A stretch of 64,000 nucleotides of DNA, taken from IMG/VR virus record IMGVR_UViG_3300017963_000192, positions 62,001 through 126,000 of that record. One strand, written 5' to 3'. The notes below the pieces were generated by a model that worked only from the letters and a program-made list of their open reading frames with translations, had not been told where the DNA came from and made no database searches. The translations under genes and the position numbers were made by a program. Every line of letters begins with the position of its first letter. The first letter of the stretch is position 1. Below are positions 40,172 through 50,221 of the stretch, in pieces.

Positions 40172-40723
40172 TTAAGTTCTAACCCATTCTATTGAAGAAG
40201 TTCTCCCACTTGTCCTTGTTATTGTACCAGTAAGAGTTTCTCCAATTATTACATTACCATCATCATCATATTGTTTATAAACTATTTGACTTATTCTTCC
40301 ACTTGTTCTAGTGTACTCAACACTTCTAATTTTAGTGCTTTTACCAGAATCGGTGTAATATATAACAGAAGAAATTCTTCCTCCAATCCTTTCTATTTCA
40401 CAGTAGCTGTCTTCTGCTATATTATGTACTAATTGGTCAAGTGACCTATGCTGACTGGCTGTTATACCACCAGTACTCGAATTAAAATTTATTGTTACTG
40501 CCCCAGTACCTTCTGTACCACCCGTCCATTCTATTGATATATCATCTCCAGCTATTATATTTGTAACTAATGCCTCTCCTGTAGAAGAAGTTATATTTAT
40601 ATCTGAACGACCTATTGTACCATCTTTTATATCTTCAGTTTCTAAAGAATCATCTTGGACTTGAGTACCAGTAACGGTCTCGTCCATAATTTGACGGTCT
40701 CCCCTGATTTTACTTCTAGACAA
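40172..40723 (-). CDS. Virion protein, N-terminus paralogous to 43191-45233 (start trimmed to TTG 40723)
   Basis: MSRSKIRGDRQIMD versus MASTKIRGNTQIMD; GGAG 9 nt upstream. Confidence 0.6.
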   Translation of the reverse strand: MSRSKIRGDRQIMDETVTGTQVQDDSLETEDIKDGTIGRSDINITSSTGEALVTNIIAGDDISIEWTGGTEGTGAVTINFNSSTGGITASQHRSLDQLVHNIAEDSYCEIERIGGRISSVIYYTDSGKSTKIRSVEYTRTSGRISQIVYKQYDDDGNVIIGETLTGTITRTSGRTSSIEWVRT

Positions 40724-41870
40724 TTCTTTTATCTCCCAAAAGAAATTCCATACATTCAAATATAGATTTTTCCTTATTAGTTAAATAATGTTTTTTTGTA
40801 ATTCTATATATCTTTACCCCTTGTAAGGAATCTTTTATTTCAACTTCTCTTATATAATCTTTAGTTTGTTGAGATTCTTTAATGTGATACTCTTCGTCAA
40901 ATTCAATTATTTTGTTAAGTTCTTCTACATAAAAGTCTAAATATCTAAATCCATGTTTACTATTAACAGGAACAATATATTCATTATTTTCTTCATTTAC
41001 TCCATTTGTTGAATAATAAACAGTATAATCATTTAAGTACTCTTCTAAACTATTAAAAAGTTCTTGTGATTCAATTGAAAATCTTGGTGCATAATGCATC
41101 CATTTACCATATTTCATTTTTGTAGTTTGTATTACTTTTCGCCTAATTTCTTTTGAAGACATTGGAGTGTCTCCACCATATCTTCTATTATTTGTAGCTT
41201 TAACTTTCTCTTTTATCTCTTCACATTTTAATGGGTTATCTACACCATAATTATTTATATAAGATTCTCTTTTCTTTAATTTTATATTTTCGTTTTGAGA
41301 TGGATTCTCCACTCCATATTTATCTATCATAGTTGTTTTTATTTTATCTTTAATTTCTTTTGATTGAAAGACATTAGTTACCCCGTATCTGTCTTTGCAA
41401 GTTTTAGCGTGTTTGTCTTTAATTACTTTCGATTGCATTGGGTGGGTAACGCCATAGTTTTTAATTAGTGATTTTCTTATAGTAGTTTTAACTTCTTCAG
41501 ATTGGAATACATTATCAACACCATATTTACTCTTAACACTATTTATAGCATTATCTGTAAAAAATCCAGTTGTAACACCATGATTCCTTAAACACGTCTC
41601 TCGTTTTTTATCTTTTATTTCCTCTAATTGAGATATATTTTCAACTCCATACTTTTCTAATGTTGTTCTCTTTCTCTTCTCCTTATTATTATAACTTAAA
41701 CTCCCATATTTTTCTATTTTAGACTTCCTTGCCTTTTCCTGTACTAATTTATTGTGCATTGGAAAACAAGAAACACAAATGGAATAAACTCTACCATTTT
41801 TGTCTTCCTTTAGATTATCTGAAGTATTACAATATTTACACTTTTTATTCATGTTACTAATATGACTCAT
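40716..41870 (-). CDS. Putative free-standing endonuclease with YGVxN repeats and a PD-(D/E)XK/Vsr-like C-terminus
   Basis: Many KYGVENxSQ-type repeats; RYLDFYVEELNKIIEFDEEYH. Confidence 0.7.
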   Translation of the reverse strand: MSHISNMNKKCKYCNTSDNLKEDKNGRVYSICVSCFPMHNKLVQEKARKSKIEKYGSLSYNNKEKRKRTTLEKYGVENISQLEEIKDKKRETCLRNHGVTTGFFTDNAINSVKSKYGVDNVFQSEEVKTTIRKSLIKNYGVTHPMQSKVIKDKHAKTCKDRYGVTNVFQSKEIKDKIKTTMIDKYGVENPSQNENIKLKKRESYINNYGVDNPLKCEEIKEKVKATNNRRYGGDTPMSSKEIRRKVIQTTKMKYGKWMHYAPRFSIESQELFNSLEEYLNDYTVYYSTNGVNEENNEYIVPVNSKHGFRYLDFYVEELNKIIEFDEEYHIKESQQTKDYIREVEIKDSLQGVKIYRITKKHYLTNKEKSIFECMEFLLGDKRIV

Positions 41871-42230
41871 TTATTCCTCTAACAACAAAAGTTTACCTTG
41901 TTGCGTTTTATTATTATCCTTAGTATCAACCTGTATGTGTAAAAACAAATCATGTACTTCTCTAAACTTCTCATCATACCAGACTACACGAAACACAGTA
42001 TTACTGTCAATACTCTGATAAACTCTTATTCTACCACTCAACTCAGCATCACGAATCATAATCATTAGGTTTGCCATTTGAAGTGTGTATACTAAATTTT
42101 TAAGTGGTAGGGTACGAACACATTTCTCCCCTCTGAATATTCGTATAGTCTCCGAGTCATACTTCTTTTTCTTAACAGACGAACAAGAGAGTATAAGAAT
42201 AGAAATTAAAAATGTTATAATCTTTTTCAT
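41871..42230 (-). CDS. Lipoprotein
   Basis: MKKIITFLISILILSC lipobox. Confidence 0.6.
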   Translation of the reverse strand: MKKIITFLISILILSCSSVKKKKYDSETIRIFRGEKCVRTLPLKNLVYTLQMANLMIMIRDAELSGRIRVYQSIDSNTVFRVVWYDEKFREVHDLFLHIQVDTKDNNKTQQGKLLLLEE

Positions 42231-42260
42231 CTAAAACCCTTTAAAAAAAGGGCTTGGCTT

Positions 42261-43064
42261 TTACAATATTTTCCAACCATTTGGAAATTCGCCCTTTTCT
42301 TCATATCTTCTAAATCTACCATATAAAGTAGCAGGCTTTATACCTATATCTATAGCTGCGTCTTTTATACAATCATATACAATATTATTAATCATAACTT
42401 TTTTTGCTGTAGGATTTTTACCGCCACAGAAATCTCTGTTTTCAAAATCACCCCTTCTCCATCTATTATACATATTATCAGAACTTTTTTTCAATCTATC
42501 TTCTGTCCAAGCTTCCTTACGTTTTTTGAGCATAGTATTTCTATAAGTTTTATTACTCCATATTCTTTTTTGAGCATTACTCATATTAAGTTTAGATTCT
42601 TTTGAAAATTTTCTATCTTTATTGGGTCCCTCATTACTAGTATAATAATTATATAATCCTAAACTTATTTTATTCCTTGTTTCTTTTGATGGAATTCTAC
42701 CTTTAGATTTTTTACCGCTTTTCTTTAACTTCTCTATAACCTCTTCAGATGGTTCTTGTAACCCTTCTCCACCTTTAGTAGAATTATATCCATATATTTT
42801 ATTATTACTATTATAAAATTTTATACCCTCTATCTCACATTTAATTAGTTCTTCTTTAGAGTAAGTATAACCTAGTATCTCCCATTTGAAATTTCTCCAC
42901 CCATACTTTCTAATAGCATTATAAAAATATGTGTTTCTTTTGGATTTAAGAGCATTTCTTTTATGTTTAGATTTTCGCTCATATAACTTTTGTCTAGTTT
43001 GACCTATATAAATTTTATTATTCAATAAATTAGTAGCCTTATATATTAAACCATAGATTTCCAT
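42261..43064 (-). CDS. GIY-YIG homing endonuclease with NUMOD3-like repeats
   Basis: GLIYKATNLLNNKIYIGQT, GYN, SKETRNKIS repeats, HTH-like tail. Confidence 0.9.
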   Translation of the reverse strand: MEIYGLIYKATNLLNNKIYIGQTRQKLYERKSKHKRNALKSKRNTYFYNAIRKYGWRNFKWEILGYTYSKEELIKCEIEGIKFYNSNNKIYGYNSTKGGEGLQEPSEEVIEKLKKSGKKSKGRIPSKETRNKISLGLYNYYTSNEGPNKDRKFSKESKLNMSNAQKRIWSNKTYRNTMLKKRKEAWTEDRLKKSSDNMYNRWRRGDFENRDFCGGKNPTAKKVMINNIVYDCIKDAAIDIGIKPATLYGRFRRYEEKGEFPNGWKIL

Positions 43065-43190
43065 AATAAATTAATTATAAAAATATTTTCGGGGTTAGAT
43101 TTTATCTAAATAAAATCAATGATACTAATCACTGTCCCCCGTTAATATTAAAACTAAATTACATAATCTACGCCTATAATTATTATTTTA

Positions 43191-45233
43191 TTAATAACGA
43201 TAGTCGCAGATGACCTCATCTTCCTGACCAGGTGTGTTGAGAAGAGGACTACTAAAGGTAATAGTTGTTCCACTGATTGTATAATCAGCACCAGCACCTT
43301 CAACTTGTCTTAATCCATTTAAGTATACTCTAACTTCGCTGTTACTTGTTGGCGTATTAGCTAAAGTAACATTTGCATTGTTATGAGTAACTGCTGGGTT
43401 TTCTCCCCAAACTTCTGTATAACCAATTCCAGGAGTAGAAGCAGCAAGTTCTTGTAATGCACCCTCAACACCAGTAGATGTAAAGTATCCACCAACATCT
43501 ATTATAGGCACATCATCAGCATTAACTTGATTTGCACCAAGACCCCAATCAATATGGGTATCATTAATACCATCAGCACCGATATCGAAAGTAATTGTGT
43601 CTGGGTCAGAACCTGTGATAGTAATAGGACCACCACTTGCTAATACTAGAGTATCAGAAATTGAATCAGCTACTGGATCTGTTCCAGTAGGAACATCAAT
43701 TGTGGTGAATGCTGTAGTTGCGTAAGTTCCACTGTGGTCGTGATCATCAATTGTTTCTAATGCTGTTTGTATGTCAGAATCACCAGCACTTAAAATACCA
43801 TCAAAATTGGTAGTATCTGTTGGCACATCACCAGCACTAACTTGATCAGCACCAGTACCCCAATCGATATGATAATCTTTGATTCCATCAGTAGCAATAT
43901 CGAAATCTACACTATCTGCTGTCGCATCACCAGTAATTACTATTACACCACTACTGCTTTGTAGAGTGAGGGTATCAGTATTACTATCTGCTTCAGGATT
44001 TGTTCCAAAATCAGTTGCTATTGTTCGGAATGTGTATGTTCCTGCAAGACCAATACCAAGTTCTTGTAATGCTCCTTCTACTTCTGTTGCGGTATAATAA
44101 CCACCAGAATCCACTATAGGAACATCAACAGCACTTACTTGTCCAGCACCAGTACCCCAATCGATGTGAGTATCTTTAATTCCGTCAACAGATACGTCAA
44201 AATCAATTGTATCACCAGCAAGACCAGTAATTGTTAATGCTCCACTTGAAGTTTGAAGTGTTAGTGTGTCTCCTTGTTGATCTGAAACAGCATTAGAACC
44301 ATTAGGTACAGCAACTGTTCCAAAGTCATTTGGATAATTCACAACAGGAATACTTGCTTCAATTTCTTCTAATGCATCCTGAACATTTGTTGCAGAACCG
44401 CCGTATGTTCCACCAGTATCTAATGGTACGCTTGTAGCATCTACTTGATTTGCTCCTGAACCCCAATCGATATGAGTTTCATCTATCCCATCAGCCTTAA
44501 CTTGTAGGGTATCACTAGATATTTCAATAGTATCGTTATCAACATTAACTGATATTGTCATACCAGTTATATCAATACCATCACCGCCAATGTATGTTCC
44601 AACACCAGAAAATTGTGCCCAAGGAATATCGTGGGTATTAAGAGTAAGTTCTCCGTCTCCACTATATCCAGAAGGCTTGGTTACTACCCAATGCGTACTT
44701 TCGTGATCATATCCATTCTCAACAAAAGTAGCATTACCTATAGAAACTTCAGAAGAAGGTTGACCGTCTTGGTCATCAGCTCTTACCATTCCTCCAGCAG
44801 CACCAGTACTGGTTACTATGTATATACCATTCTGTTTCTCATCAGCCTGGTCTTTAACAAGTACTCTATCGTCAACAGCAACTGTATGTCCTCCTAAATC
44901 AAAAACAGAAGCTCCAGTAAAGTCAACATCCGTGAATGACCCAGTACTGTTACCACCTCCAGAGGCGTTGTATGTACCTACACCTCCAGTAGAAGTAGTA
45001 AACTGTACAGATTCTTTCCACTCAATTCCCCAAGCTGCTTGCTGATCGACATACCATTTTGACGCTACATCTGAATCATTAGAGGGCTGTAATTTTATAC
45101 CAGTTATGAGTGCGTCTTGATTTCCATTTGTAATATCCCAATCTGAACCATTGAGAAAATCTTGTTCGAGACGACCTACATCTACAGTATAATCCATTAT
45201 CTGGGTGTTACCCCTGATTTTCGTACTCGCCAT
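43191..45233 (-). CDS. Fibre-like virion protein with four approximately 100-aa repeats
   Basis: Four GIxDxHIDWGxGAxQV repeats; C-terminal VYLNGL..DYTISG domain. Confidence 0.65.
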   Translation of the reverse strand: MASTKIRGNTQIMDYTVDVGRLEQDFLNGSDWDITNGNQDALITGIKLQPSNDSDVASKWYVDQQAAWGIEWKESVQFTTSTGGVGTYNASGGGNSTGSFTDVDFTGASVFDLGGHTVAVDDRVLVKDQADEKQNGIYIVTSTGAAGGMVRADDQDGQPSSEVSIGNATFVENGYDHESTHWVVTKPSGYSGDGELTLNTHDIPWAQFSGVGTYIGGDGIDITGMTISVNVDNDTIEISSDTLQVKADGIDETHIDWGSGANQVDATSVPLDTGGTYGGSATNVQDALEEIEASIPVVNYPNDFGTVAVPNGSNAVSDQQGDTLTLQTSSGALTITGLAGDTIDFDVSVDGIKDTHIDWGTGAGQVSAVDVPIVDSGGYYTATEVEGALQELGIGLAGTYTFRTIATDFGTNPEADSNTDTLTLQSSSGVIVITGDATADSVDFDIATDGIKDYHIDWGTGADQVSAGDVPTDTTNFDGILSAGDSDIQTALETIDDHDHSGTYATTAFTTIDVPTGTDPVADSISDTLVLASGGPITITGSDPDTITFDIGADGINDTHIDWGLGANQVNADDVPIIDVGGYFTSTGVEGALQELAASTPGIGYTEVWGENPAVTHNNANVTLANTPTSNSEVRVYLNGLRQVEGAGADYTISGTTITFSSPLLNTPGQEDEVICDYRY

Positions 45234-45367
45234 AATTTTATCTCCTATAAAAAATTTATCTAAATTTTTTAGTTCATATAGGTCATCTCATCTTATATTA
45301 ATTTAATTTGTCTGTATTAATGTATGAATTGGTTTCATATATTAACACAAATTTTTTCTTATTCAAT

Positions 45368-45401
45368 CTTAAATAATAAAAAGATTTTACTGGATTTTAA
45401 G
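45368..45401 (-). promoter_or_regulatory. Candidate late promoter CTTAAAAT-N14-TTATTATTTAAG
   Basis: Fixed-spacing copy upstream of 45233. Confidence 0.55.
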
Positions 45402-45416
45402 GCAAGTGCAGTAATA

Positions 45417-46250
45417 CTAGACTGTTTTTTCGTACTTAACTACTAAATAATCGCCTACCGTTAACTCTAAATCATTACCAAAAGTTATCAATGTTCCACT
45501 AATAGTGTAATCCCAAGAAACATCATTAACTAAATCTAATCCATTCAATTTAACAGTTTCTGAATTGTTTATTGGAGTATAGGTTAAATCAACCTGACCC
45601 GTTGAGGTTATTGCTTGTGTTACCGGAAATTTTTCAACATACCATTCAGCATCACCTGTAGAAGAGACTATTCCAGTAGCACCAATATATCTATAACCAT
45701 ATATCCACAAACCATTTATATCATAAAAAGTTGTTTTAAAATGATTTGCCTCATCTCCAGAAATGAACAATATTCCAGAAGTGTAACTATATGCCCAACA
45801 CGGAGCACCTCCAGTTCCAGCATGATAAATTGTTGATATTTCTGTTCCACCAGAATCTGGATCACCATGAAATAATTTTGCCACATAACCATTAGATGGA
45901 TCACCACCATCTCTTATTAAAGCTGGTTGAATCCAGTTTTCGTATATCGGACTAGAATTATCATTATATGTTGTTCTAGCAACATAAGCACCATAATTAC
46001 TTGTAACATCAGCAGTAAGCCTTATTTTTCTTTTTTCTAATATGGTGGGATTATTAGTTACATTTGTGTCAGCTTCAGAAGGATTTGTAGCTGGAGGTAT
46101 ATCATTAAAGCTCTGCCAAATTTTATTAAGCGGAGTAATAGGTGCCCATCCAAATAATTCGTTGAACCAGTATTTGCTGTCTGTGGTACTTTCTATTTGT
46201 TGAGTTAATTTACTAACAATTGATAGTTTTTCTGAATCAGAAAAAGCCAT
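45417..46250 (-). CDS. Virion protein sharing its C-terminal domain with 43191-45233
   Basis: VKLNGLDL..DYTISGTLITF. Confidence 0.6.
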   Translation of the reverse strand: MAFSDSEKLSIVSKLTQQIESTTDSKYWFNELFGWAPITPLNKIWQSFNDIPPATNPSEADTNVTNNPTILEKRKIRLTADVTSNYGAYVARTTYNDNSSPIYENWIQPALIRDGGDPSNGYVAKLFHGDPDSGGTEISTIYHAGTGGAPCWAYSYTSGILFISGDEANHFKTTFYDINGLWIYGYRYIGATGIVSSTGDAEWYVEKFPVTQAITSTGQVDLTYTPINNSETVKLNGLDLVNDVSWDYTISGTLITFGNDLELTVGDYLVVKYEKTV

Positions 46251-46253
46251 TGA

Positions 46254-46412
46254 TTATTTTTCCTCTAAAACTTCCTCTAGATCAATATATAGTTGTTCCA
46301 AACTCTTTTTAGAAAGAGTCTTTACTATTAGTGTTGAATCTGAAGTAGCTATACTTATAGTGAATTCGTTATCTGATTTTTTATTAACTTTTATAGGTTC
46401 ATCAAATATCAT
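46254..46412 (-). CDS. Small hypothetical protein (52 aa; not in the ORF track)
   Basis: MIFDEPIKVNKKSDNEF...EEK with an AGGA RBS; fills the gap. Confidence 0.5.
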   Translation of the reverse strand: MIFDEPIKVNKKSDNEFTISIATSDSTLIVKTLSKKSLEQLYIDLEEVLEEK

Positions 46413-46423
46413 ATTATTGTCCT

Positions 46424-46888
46424 TTATAAAGATTCTATTTCATAAGAGAAAGCCAGCCAACTGTTTTTAAGAAGTTCCTGATTACGGCTTTCTTCCCAAT
46501 ATCTAACAATGAGTGCTGGTTTACTAAATAAATAATCTCGTACAGTAAAGAAATGATCTAAATTTGCTACTAATCTTTCCATAGCTACAATGTCCTCTTC
46601 CTCTAATTCACGAGCATCTATTCCGACATAAGGTTGACCCATTTCATCCTTTGGTTTATCTAAATGATCTTCATTTAAGCCAGAACAAGAGACTAATGTA
46701 GGATAACCTTTTTCATTTAATTTATATATAATATCTAATATACCATTATCTATTTCAGCATCTAAATTTTTATTCACAACATTTTGTAGACTTTCTGGAA
46801 ATTCTTCTACATCAACATCTATAACATCTTTTCCAGTATCTGCTATCTTAATAAGATTTTTAATGTTTTTTATGTTTCTAAAATTCAT
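46424..46888 (-). CDS. Hypothetical phage protein
   Basis: LNEKGYPTLVSCSGL motif; AGGAG RBS. Confidence 0.55.
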   Translation of the reverse strand: MNFRNIKNIKNLIKIADTGKDVIDVDVEEFPESLQNVVNKNLDAEIDNGILDIIYKLNEKGYPTLVSCSGLNEDHLDKPKDEMGQPYVGIDARELEEEDIVAMERLVANLDHFFTVRDYLFSKPALIVRYWEESRNQELLKNSWLAFSYEIESL

Positions 46889-46897
46889 AAAAATCTC

Positions 46898-48556
46898 CTA
46901 ATTAAAAGTAATACTAAAACTTGTTATTCTCTCACTTCCAGTAAATCCAACTCTAATGTATACTGTATCAGAACAGTTTACAATATTGTTTGTCCCAAAA
47001 GTGCAATCAATATACCCAGAACCAGATCCCACTCTACACCCACCAGAGACAGGGTTTCCGTTATTCCAATCACTTGCGTTATAATCATCTAAACAATCTA
47101 TCCAAACAGTTCCTCCACCGCTAGTTCCATCCCAAGCTTTTGCAAGTTTCATCTCAAGTGAGTTATAACTTCCAACTATATTTATTCTAAAATTAGCACT
47201 TGCTGTACCATCGTGTTCAAACTGTCTCCATAAGAATACTTCAGTATTCATATAAGAACCAGAGTAATCTGGTTGACTTGTTAGGTTTGGGGAATATATC
47301 GTAAAATCTGTAGTATTTCTCTCACATCCACCACATCTAAAAACGGCATCCATTATCCCCACATCAACAGTAGAATCCCAGGATTTCGCACCGCCCGAAT
47401 CAAAGTTTGCTGTAGAAGGACATCTCCAATCTTCATAATCAAATCTTTCTATTAATCTGGTACTAGAATTTGTTCTTGTATTTACAAGTATGTTTGCATT
47501 GCTAGATGGAACCCATGAACCATTTGTCCAATCTATAGGTCTTGCATTTATATTTGCAGTTGTTGTTACAGAACAAAAATTGGATGCATTAATAGCCCAA
47601 TTCGTCTTATTATAAGAATCGTTTGCATCATCATATGCATAAGTCCATCCAGTTAAATCCGAGCCAGATAAATCTAATGTTGGTAATCCATATTCACTAC
47701 CTTCAATATCTACTTGATTAAGAGGATATGTATGATAATTTAAATTATCAATATCAGTAATATCAACCGTAAATTGACTTCCAGTTGTATAATACTCAAC
47801 GCCAGACAAAAATCTTGTTACAACACTTCCAGCAGTTTCTACTATAGTAACACCGGACAATGTTGCAATAGTTGGATTAGGATCATAAAAAGTAGCTGTT
47901 TGTGTTTTGGTATAATCAATGTCATTATGATGAATCATTTCTACCGTAATTCTTCCACCACTTGATATTATTAAACTTATAGATATTGTTATAGTAACAA
48001 TACCTTTATACTTGATATAATCCGTATCCCAGGAAGTTACTTGTATTCTAATGTTATCTGAAGTATCATCATAATTTCCTGTTATTGCCGGAGTTGTTTT
48101 AGTAGCTACTTTTGTAATCTCATCAGCATCATAAACATTCACCTCTAAGGTGGAAGTTAAACTATCAAAAAGACATTGATTTGTTGTTGTATAACTCCAA
48201 GTCGTTGATTGCGTTGCAGGATGAAGTGTTCCAGCCACCCAATCTCCTTTACTAAAAGGAGTTCCTTCAGATGCTGGATTTGATATATACCTATTTGTAG
48301 TTGATATACTACCCACAGAGCAATTGTTATTACCATCACTTGTATTAAAATGAGAAACGAAGTCTACTTCTGGAGCAAATATTGTAACCTCATTAGGACC
48401 TGTTTTCATTGCATTATGACCTGTCCCAACAATGTTGACGGTTGTAATGCCCGTACCTATTACAACTCCTTCATCTTCAAAAGTAATACCTGTACTAGTA
48501 GGGGTTTGTTGTCCTCTTTTTCGTTCAAGAAGAATTTTAGGTTCTCTAAATCCCAT
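46898..48556 (-). CDS. Beta-rich virion / fibre-associated protein
   Basis: 552 aa, Thr/Ser/Gly/Asn-rich; EDEG..I...TTVNIVG motif. Confidence 0.55.
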   Translation of the reverse strand: MGFREPKILLERKRGQQTPTSTGITFEDEGVVIGTGITTVNIVGTGHNAMKTGPNEVTIFAPEVDFVSHFNTSDGNNNCSVGSISTTNRYISNPASEGTPFSKGDWVAGTLHPATQSTTWSYTTTNQCLFDSLTSTLEVNVYDADEITKVATKTTPAITGNYDDTSDNIRIQVTSWDTDYIKYKGIVTITISISLIISSGGRITVEMIHHNDIDYTKTQTATFYDPNPTIATLSGVTIVETAGSVVTRFLSGVEYYTTGSQFTVDITDIDNLNYHTYPLNQVDIEGSEYGLPTLDLSGSDLTGWTYAYDDANDSYNKTNWAINASNFCSVTTTANINARPIDWTNGSWVPSSNANILVNTRTNSSTRLIERFDYEDWRCPSTANFDSGGAKSWDSTVDVGIMDAVFRCGGCERNTTDFTIYSPNLTSQPDYSGSYMNTEVFLWRQFEHDGTASANFRINIVGSYNSLEMKLAKAWDGTSGGGTVWIDCLDDYNASDWNNGNPVSGGCRVGSGSGYIDCTFGTNNIVNCSDTVYIRVGFTGSERITSFSITFN

Positions 48557-48563
48557 TATTTTC

Positions 48564-48935
48564 CTATTTTGACATTAATGCTAATTCAACAATAGAGTCT
48601 TCAATAAAGTATATGCCAATCTGTCTAACCGAATCTTGAATATATAAAACATCTCCTGCTTTGAGGGTTTTAGCTCCATCTATAGAACTTGATAAATCCA
48701 TACCCTTTTTGTTAAATGCTATTCTTACTGAACCATCTCCAATATTATCAACTAATAAATACTCAAATGATTGTGTTATTGTAGTCTCAAAATAGGTGAG
48801 ACTACCATCCATAAAATCATATTCGTAAGAAGTTGCTGTAGTGCCACTTCTTACCAAGAATATTGTTTTCTGTACTTGATGTTCACTACTTGGAGAGGGT
48901 ATACCATCTCCTATGACTATCTTTTTTCTAGGCAT
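48564..48935 (-). CDS. Hypothetical virion protein
   Basis: 123-aa ORF heading the operon. Confidence 0.5.
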   Translation of the reverse strand: MPRKKIVIGDGIPSPSSEHQVQKTIFLVRSGTTATSYEYDFMDGSLTYFETTITQSFEYLLVDNIGDGSVRIAFNKKGMDLSSSIDGAKTLKAGDVLYIQDSVRQIGIYFIEDSIVELALMSK

Positions 48936-48960
48936 AATTTATCTCTATTGAATAATTTAT

Positions 48961-48994
48961 ATTAAAATATAAATGTATTTTGAGTAATTTTAAG
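48961..48994 (-). promoter_or_regulatory. Candidate late promoter CTTAAAAT-N14-TTATATTTTAAT (perfect copy)
   Basis: Upstream of 48935. Confidence 0.6.
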
Positions 48995-49044
48995 GAAAGT
49001 TTTCTAATTAAAAGGGGAGTAATCAATACTTCTTTGTATATTAA

Positions 49045-49344
49045 TCATAAACCTTTATCGCATTTTTTACGACAAAGTTTGATACAAAGATTTTTTGTAT
49101 TGATTTCTTTTGTTTCTAGCATATTTGCATCATCAACAGATTTGACTTTATGAAGAATTTCCCAACTGAAGTTATCTTCACCATACTTAGCTATAGCTTT
49201 GTGTATGTAACTGTGATTTCTAGATGTCTTTTTTCTAGCTAAATGGTTATGTTGCACTCTCCTTTTGTTTAATGATAGTGATGTTTTGCCTATGTAACAT
49301 TTTCCATTAATTATATTTGTTGCCTTATATACTAAATAACTCAT
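49045..49344 (-). pseudogene. Truncated GIY-YIG endonuclease (catalytic domain only)
   Basis: MSYLVYKATNIINGKCYIGKT...AIAKYG...WEIL, then an early stop with no DNA-binding tail. Confidence 0.6.
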
Positions 49345-49360
49345 TAAGTTTTCCATGTAT

Positions 49361-49849
49361 CTAGAAATAATTGCTTCTACCATAATCATCTTTAAGTCTA
49401 ACTATATCGTTTTCATCATTCTCATCTCCATCTTCTACTCCTAATGCAACGTCCAATATCATTCCATATTTTTTATTCCCATTATAAATTGCTCTGTGTA
49501 CAACATGTTTTTTAAATCCAAAAATGTCTCCTTTTTTTGCTTTTATTGTAATTAAATTATTATTTAAAAATTCCTCAAGTAATTTAAATTTAGGTTCTAC
49601 ATCTGGCATATTAAGTATTTTTTTAGAAACAGGCTTTTTGCTATACTTTATTATAAAATCATTATCTAATATTAAATATAACTGATATCTTTTAAAATGA
49701 AATTGGAGAGATAATGATTGCTTCGGTTTTACATATAATACTTTTGTTGTACTTTTAACATTATCAGCATATAATCCATAGTGCCCCCACGGTCTTTCTA
49801 CTTCTAATGTTGAAAATGGTTTAATGAATTTATTTCTCTTTAATTTCAT
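49361..49849 (-). CDS. Mannose-6-phosphate isomerase type II-like cupin
   Basis: VERPWG, VKPKQSLSLQFH, DIVRLKDDYGR, as in the C-terminal domain of ManC/AlgA. Confidence 0.8.
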   Translation of the reverse strand: MKLKRNKFIKPFSTLEVERPWGHYGLYADNVKSTTKVLYVKPKQSLSLQFHFKRYQLYLILDNDFIIKYSKKPVSKKILNMPDVEPKFKLLEEFLNNNLITIKAKKGDIFGFKKHVVHRAIYNGNKKYGMILDVALGVEDGDENDENDIVRLKDDYGRSNYF

Positions 49850-49864
49850 CTTTTTCTCACCTCC

Positions 49865-50221
49865 CTAGCACATGTTATTCCATCTTCTGACTGCATCAAT
49901 TTCTTCTTCTGTCTTTGGACCACTTGCCTTACAAGTTTCGCATTTAACTTGTTTATATTTAGTATCATGATATACATATATAAGAACATGTGTTGATTTA
50001 CAATATGGACAAGGTTTTAAATTCAAGTCTATATCCCAAAACATAATATCTTCAGTATAGGGGATAAAACAGGATGTACTACCATGTCTCCCTACATATC
50101 TGTATATCCATCCACTAGGAACTCTTATAAACGTTCCTTCATAATTATTCTTTTTTTGGATGTTTACTGACTCTCCAATTTTCATTTTAAATAATCTTTT
50201 TGCTAATTTATTTTCTTTCAT
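49865..50221 (-). CDS. Protein with a C-terminal Lar-like (restriction alleviation) Zn finger
   Basis: LKPCPYC...CETCKASGP...AVRRWN. Confidence 0.65.
   Translation of the reverse strand: MKENKLAKRLFKMKIGESVNIQKKNNYEGTFIRVPSGWIYRYVGRHGSTSCFIPYTEDIMFWDIDLNLKPCPYCKSTHVLIYVYHDTKYKQVKCETCKASGPKTEEEIDAVRRWNNMC

Noticed and set aside
31125-42230. A defined holin/spanin/endolysin cassette
   Set aside because: TM and lipoprotein genes are scattered and no recognisable endolysin is present, so they were left as generic membrane proteins
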